Assembly (NCBI GenBank): GCA_031372065.1
Contig: JANMKN010000077.1
Coordinates: forward strand, 1-19,167
Length of the DNA stretch: 19,167 nt
Reading direction: 5' to 3'
Source: Abditibacteriaceae bacterium
Lineage (GTDB): Bacteria; Armatimonadota; Abditibacteriia; Abditibacteriales; Abditibacteriaceae
Shown: positions 15,919-19,167 of the stretch, piece by piece
How positions within the stretch are numbered: the stretch's first letter is position 1
Layout of the letters: every line of letters begins with the position of its first letter
The notes under the pieces: generated by a model
Told to the model about the DNA's origin: nothing
The model's database searches: none
The model's input: only the letters and a program-made list of their open reading frames with translations
Position numbers and translations under genes: made by a program

Positions 15919-16989
15919 ATGAATCGCAACAATATGCTTTTAATGGGACTGGCGGTCTTTTTCGTCATTGGCGTGGGACTTACGGCCTATGTGTTAAAGG
16001 GACGAGGCAATTCCCAATCAACGCCTGTTGGCCCCGCGCCAACGCCAGCACCGGTGAAAACCTTTGTAGCTGCCAAAGACATCCCGCCACGCACTGTCAT
16101 CACGGCCAATATGCTGACCGAATCCACCGAAGCCAAGCCGACAGCGGGCGCAATCACCGATATGGATCAGGTCGTGGGAAAGTTGTCCGCCGAGCCAATT
16201 TATAAAGGTCAAGTGGTAAAATCCCGCATGACAACCGAGGAACTCGAACGCGTGATTCCGGCCTCGTTTGCCATACCGAAACAAGATCAGCAGAATTTGC
16301 GTGCCGTAGCGATTTGGGTTGACCCATTGCAAACCGCTGCCGGGCTGGTGGATAAAGGTGACCGCGTGGACATTATTGCGGTGCATAAATTAAAAATCAC
16401 CGGCAACAACAGCACGGGCGAAATCGCATCGGGCCGCACTATCGCTCAGGACTTGCAAGTTTTGGCCGTAGATCGCTCGTTAGAAGCGGCGACGAAGCCG
16501 GCATCGGCACCCGCTCCAAGCGCACCGGCGTCTACTCCTACTCCACCTCCGGCACCCACGCCGCCGCCGCAACCGGGACAGAGAACCTTTACGCGCGTGG
16601 TCGTGGCAGCGCCTCCTGAAATAGCGGAACGTCTGGTGGCGGCCAACACCACGGGTGAATTGCATATCACCATCCGCGACCCGCAAACTCGTGAAAATTT
16701 CCCCGTTTCCGGCGTGCGCGAATATCCAGCTAATCCGGTTGATCCTGTGGTGCTGAAAGTTCGCGATGCCGCTGTCGAGCGTCGCCTGAATAACATCAGG
16801 AAGCAGGATGAGCGGCGCTGGAAGATAATTGAGATGCAAGATGTCAAGCGCATGAATCCGGTTATTCCGCCACCTCAAATTGGGCCGATGAATACGGGTG
16901 GATTGCCTACGCCGCTTCCTACACCAGACATTCGCGAAATTACTGTGGTGCGTGGCACCGAGAAAACGCGTGTGATTGTGCCTCGTTAG
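15919..16989 (+). CDS. cpaB: Flp pilus assembly protein CpaB/RcpC
   Basis: N-terminal TM, SAF domain VAAKDIPPRTVITANML...VVGKLSAEPIYKG, RcpC domain RAVAIWVD...AGLVDKGDRVDII...LQVLAVD. SD AAGGAG upstream. Confidence 0.93.
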   Translation: MNRNNMLLMGLAVFFVIGVGLTAYVLKGRGNSQSTPVGPAPTPAPVKTFVAAKDIPPRTVITANMLTESTEAKPTAGAITDMDQVVGKLSAEPIYKGQVVKSRMTTEELERVIPASFAIPKQDQQNLRAVAIWVDPLQTAAGLVDKGDRVDIIAVHKLKITGNNSTGEIASGRTIAQDLQVLAVDRSLEAATKPASAPAPSAPASTPTPPPAPTPPPQPGQRTFTRVVVAAPPEIAERLVAANTTGELHITIRDPQTRENFPVSGVREYPANPVDPVVLKVRDAAVERRLNNIRKQDERRWKIIEMQDVKRMNPVIPPPQIGPMNTGGLPTPLPTPDIREITVVRGTEKTRVIVPR

Positions 16990-17053
16990 ACGAGCCAAAG
17001 CATTACGCCCAGCAAAAAGCGGGGTTGGTGCCTTTTTCAGACTGTTATGGTTT

Positions 17054-17080
17054 GAAAAAGCGCGCCAGCCTCGCTTTTTC
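17054..17080. terminator. Possible bidirectional intrinsic terminator after cpaB
   Basis: gaaaaagcg / cgctttttc inverted repeat with A and T tracts. The GC stem is short. Confidence 0.4.
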
Positions 17081-17081
17081 G

Positions 17082-17090
17082 TGCCATAAT
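17082..17090 (+). promoter_or_regulatory. Extended -10 element for murJ, possibly giving a leaderless transcript
   Basis: TGCCATAAT ends 8 nt before GTG 17099. No SD present. Confidence 0.5.
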
Positions 17091-17098
17091 TATCTTTC

Positions 17099-18790
17099 GT
17101 GTCTTCCGAATCCGCGTCTCGCGACAAAATAGTGACTCCCGTCGAAACCACTTCCTCCTCCATTAAATCCAGCGCCCGCCGCTCCACTGCATTGCAAGCG
17201 GCGGCTTTGCTGTCGGTGCTGTATTTTCTCTCGAAATTGACTGGTTTGGTGCAGCAGCAAATCATCATGGCGGTTTTGCCGACCAAAGCCACCGACGCTT
17301 ACACGGCAGCTTTTCGCCTGACTGACTTCGTGAATTATCTCGTCGCAGGCGGCGCGCTTTCGATTACGTTTATCCCGCTGTTTACCGAACTTTGCGAAAG
17401 TGGGCGCGAAAAAGAAGGCTGGAATTTCTTCTCGACGCTGCTTCTCTTGATGGGCTTGATAACCACAACCGTTGTTGTGATTTGTGTTTTCGCCGCCGCG
17501 CCGTTGATGCACTTGTTCGCTCCGGGCCTTGATGGGCCAAAACATCCGGCAGGCACGTTCGATTTAGCCGTGCAAATGTCGCAAATCATTTTGCCGGGGC
17601 AGATTTTTTTCATCCTCGGCGGCCTGCTCGTCGGCGTGTTGAACGCGCAAAAGCGTTTCGGCGCCACAGGTTTTACGGGCGCGCTGTATAACGTGGTGGC
17701 GATTATCGGCGCTGTGATTTTGTGGAAGATTACCGGCAAGGAAGTCGCGTTTGCGTGGGGCATTTTGCTGGGCGCGTTCGCGGGATACTTGATTTTGCCG
17801 CTCTGGGCTGTCTTGTCAGGGCCGCGCGAATTGCGTCCGAGTTGGCAGTTTTCGCTGCGTCATCCTTTGTTGAAGCAGTATTTTCTCACCGCCTTGCCGA
17901 TTATGCTCGGCGTGTCGTTTCCCATCGTAGATCAGATTGTGATCGGCTATTTCGCTTCGGAAGGCAGCGGTTGGCTGACCTATTTGGGCGCGGGCAACCG
18001 TTTGATGATCGTGGCGCAAAGCGTCTTGGCGCAAGCGGCAGCAGTGGCGGCGTTTCCATATTTGGCCTCGAATAGTGCGGCGCAGGATTGGCAAAAGCTC
18101 GCTGATTTTGTGCGGCAAGGCTTGCGCCGCTTGACTTTTATTACTTTGCCGCTGGCGACTTGGATGATGCTAACCTCGCGTCCCACCGTGGATTTGTTGT
18201 ATGGTTACGGCAAATTTAAAGGCTTTGCTTCTTTGCACGACACGGCGGTGGCGTATGCGTTTTACAGCGTCGGATTGTTCGCGTGGGCCGGACAGCAACT
18301 GATTGCGCGCGGTTTTTATGCGCTAAAAGACACGCGCACGCCGACAATTATCGGCAGCGTGATTACGCTTTTCTTTTTCATCCCGCTGGTAAAATTCTGC
18401 TCATTGCAAGACAATCCGGTGTTGTTTTTGGCCTTGGCGACCAGTATTGGTGCCTGCGTGCATTTTTCGGCGATGCTTATCGCGTTCGAGAGAAAACTAA
18501 CGCGCGATTATCAAGCGAATCTCGACGCGCAGCGCGTTTGTGGCACGCTGCTGCGCACGACTGCGGCGTGCGCTTTGATGGGCATTGCGGGCTTAATCGG
18601 CCTAATGTGCAGCGACTTTTTGCCGTTGCATGGCAAAATGCTCTCTCTCGCACGCTTTGCGCTCATCAGTTTGCTGTCGTGGCCCGTTTTTGCTGTGGCG
18701 TCAAGCCGTTTTAACATTCCCGAATTTGATTGGATTTGGACTCGTTTGGCCGGAAAAATCACGTCGCGCTTGCGGCACAAGTCTTTATAG
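17099..18790 (+). CDS. murJ: Lipid II flippase MurJ/MviN
   Basis: DAYTAAFRL, GGALSITFIPLF, GVLNAQKRF, RGFYALKDTRTP, LALATSIG, about 14 TM segments. The start could instead be GTG 17132. Confidence 0.93.
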   Translation: MSSESASRDKIVTPVETTSSSIKSSARRSTALQAAALLSVLYFLSKLTGLVQQQIIMAVLPTKATDAYTAAFRLTDFVNYLVAGGALSITFIPLFTELCESGREKEGWNFFSTLLLLMGLITTTVVVICVFAAAPLMHLFAPGLDGPKHPAGTFDLAVQMSQIILPGQIFFILGGLLVGVLNAQKRFGATGFTGALYNVVAIIGAVILWKITGKEVAFAWGILLGAFAGYLILPLWAVLSGPRELRPSWQFSLRHPLLKQYFLTALPIMLGVSFPIVDQIVIGYFASEGSGWLTYLGAGNRLMIVAQSVLAQAAAVAAFPYLASNSAAQDWQKLADFVRQGLRRLTFITLPLATWMMLTSRPTVDLLYGYGKFKGFASLHDTAVAYAFYSVGLFAWAGQQLIARGFYALKDTRTPTIIGSVITLFFFIPLVKFCSLQDNPVLFLALATSIGACVHFSAMLIAFERKLTRDYQANLDAQRVCGTLLRTTAACALMGIAGLIGLMCSDFLPLHGKMLSLARFALISLLSWPVFAVASSRFNIPEFDWIWTRLAGKITSRLRHKSL

Positions 18791-18835
18791 CGGGGCTTGC
18801 GCCCAATGGCATGGAGTTAAGGCTCTTTTTAATCT

Positions 18836-19073
18836 CATACCGTCTGTAGTCGCGCGCATATCGTCTGTGGTCGCACGCATATCGTCTGTGGTCGCATCCA
18901 TATCGGATATGTGAGCGATACCAAACGATATGCGTGCCATCCCAAACGATATGTGAGCGACCACAGACGATATGGATGCGACCACAGACGATATGCGAGC
19001 CATCCCAAACGATATGCGAGCCGTCCCAGACGATATGCGTGCCATACCAAGCGATATGCGAGCGACCACATGG
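18836..19073. repeat. 21-bp tandem array that inverts orientation at a dyad centred on 18905
   Basis: Three units catatcgtctgtggtcgcnnn (18836-18898), centre catatc-g-gatatg, then eight reverse-orientation units starting gatatg at 18906, 18927, 18948, 18969, 18990, 19011, 19032 and 19053. Confidence 0.95.
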
Positions 19074-19143
19074 GCGCTATGAGAGGCGTTTTGGGAATGT
19101 TAAGCGGCCAAAAAATGGCTTAAAAGGGCGTTTTCTAATTAAG

Positions 19144-19167
19144 CCCCTCACCCCCGGCCTCCTGCCC
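19144..19167. repeat. Probable left arm of a CCCTCACCCC...CTCCC-type REP-like palindrome, cut by the window end
   Basis: cccctcacccccggcctcctgccc resembles the C-rich arm of a widespread intergenic palindrome. The right arm is not visible. Confidence 0.3.

Noticed and set aside
3181..17545. Long antisense ORFs (3181-3924, 11432-11956, 12879-13541, 16480-17292 and others)
   Set aside because: They overlap well-supported genes on the opposite strand and show no recognisable motifs.
18836..19123. CRISPR array, or heptad-repeat proteins (ORFs 18785-19069, 18835-19071, 18911-19123)
   Set aside because: The variable parts are variants of one another, not spacers. Open frames on both strands are a by-product of a 21-bp period, with no SD or recognisable domain.

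Overview
Bacterial chromosomal segment of about 50-55% GC by eye, from a diderm organism because it encodes a secretin. It holds a split Tad/Flp (type IVc) pilus system in two blocks, cpaF-tadB-tadC and cpaE + cpaC(rcpA)-cpaB. Housekeeping genes are interleaved: a 5'-truncated pncB, a 14-TMS MFS efflux pump, rel-dtd and murJ. No pilin, prepilin peptidase, RNA gene, transposase or CRISPR-cas was recognised. Most notable observations: (1) a 708-aa CpaF/TadA motor with a tandem duplication of its whole N-terminal module; (2) a 984-aa secretin with four BON-like repeats and a ~330-aa extension; (3) a Rel enzyme whose RxKD/ExDD motif reads MFFD; (4) intergenic periodic arrays with 7, 20 and 21 bp units, two of which flip orientation at a dyad centre; (5) long, apparently structured leaders before cpaF and cpaC; (6) a probably chimeric left end. 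All calls come from motif recognition by eye, with no database searches.
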